Below, one piece after another: positions 63,501-64,000 of a stretch of DNA of 64,000 nucleotides. The notes below the pieces were generated by a model. It searched no databases and was not told where the DNA came from. It was given only the letters and a program-made list of their open reading frames with translations. Location of the stretch: NCBI GenBank assembly GCA_977862235.1, contig OZ374559.1, forward strand, positions 1,612,001 through 1,676,000, given 5' to 3'. The stretch's first letter is position 1; each line of letters starts with the position of its first letter. Position numbers and translations under genes: made by a program. Origin of the DNA: Dudresnaya verticillata. Taxonomy: Eukaryota.

Positions 63501-64000
63501 CCGCAAAGCAATGGCCAGGTAGAACGATTCAATCGAACTATCCTGGCCTCGCTGCGTCACTACGTTGCGGATCATCCGAGAGATTGGGACCTGTTCACGG
63601 ATGCCTTGACGTTCGCATACAACACGCAGTTGCATTCATCTACGCATCTTACTCCGTTTGAATTGGTGCTGTCTAAGCCACCACGGCCATTGTCGCTTGA
63701 AGCGGAACCGTCGCTCGAAAGCTTACCCACCGCGGGGCAATACTACACCAAGTGGCGAACCTGGCTGGCTGCACTGATGGAAACAGCTAAAGCGTCGTTA
63801 GGGAAAACTCAAGCACGTTACAAACGAAACTTCGATACCCGATTAAGGAAATCGAAGGAAGCAATCGCCGTAGGCGACTTCGTATTCGTACGCAAGGAAT
63901 ACTTCGCCCGAGGCGGGAGCATGGATCGCGCAGAGCGTAAGCATAAGTTGGCGCCAGTGGCGGACGGACCATATTGGGTAACTCACGTTGATAACGAGAC
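57546..64000 (+). mobile_element. Gypsy LTR retrotransposon, degenerate, runs off the window
   Basis: Probable GC-rich LTR to about 58362 followed by TGG (boundaries uncertain); gag 58490-60388 with internal stop; RT (YLDD), RNase H (DCDAS), integrase (SIDI, SDNG, ERFNRT); no protease motif found. Confidence 0.88.

Overview
Eukaryotic, transposon-rich window. The LTR-element gag/pol types and intronless genes suggest a florideophyte red alga (inference, not verified). The only host gene I can support is one uncharacterised family of intronless secreted prepro-proteins: signal peptide, acidic repetitive pro-region, and a near-invariant 108-aa domain with 6 Cys. It occurs in 7 intact copies in strictly alternating orientation (+,-,+,-,+,-,+). 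The array is built from two near-perfect palindromes (symmetry sums 19449 and 73485/74404), a 919-bp tandem duplication and a ~2.55-kb direct repeat 45.9 kb apart. It shows mosaic (gene-converted) copies and an apparently flipped spacer. Interspersed elements: a Copia-order LTR element with a Tudor-like domain, a chromodomain Gypsy, a pogo/Tigger transposon, several 5'-truncated CRE/R2-type (RLE) non-LTR retrotransposons sharing a 3' hairpin plus CT tail, a solo LTR, a DIRS/PAT-type tyrosine-recombinase retroelement, a LINE RT fragment, and a second Gypsy running off the right edge. All TE ORFs are disrupted or truncated. Identity statements are by eye.
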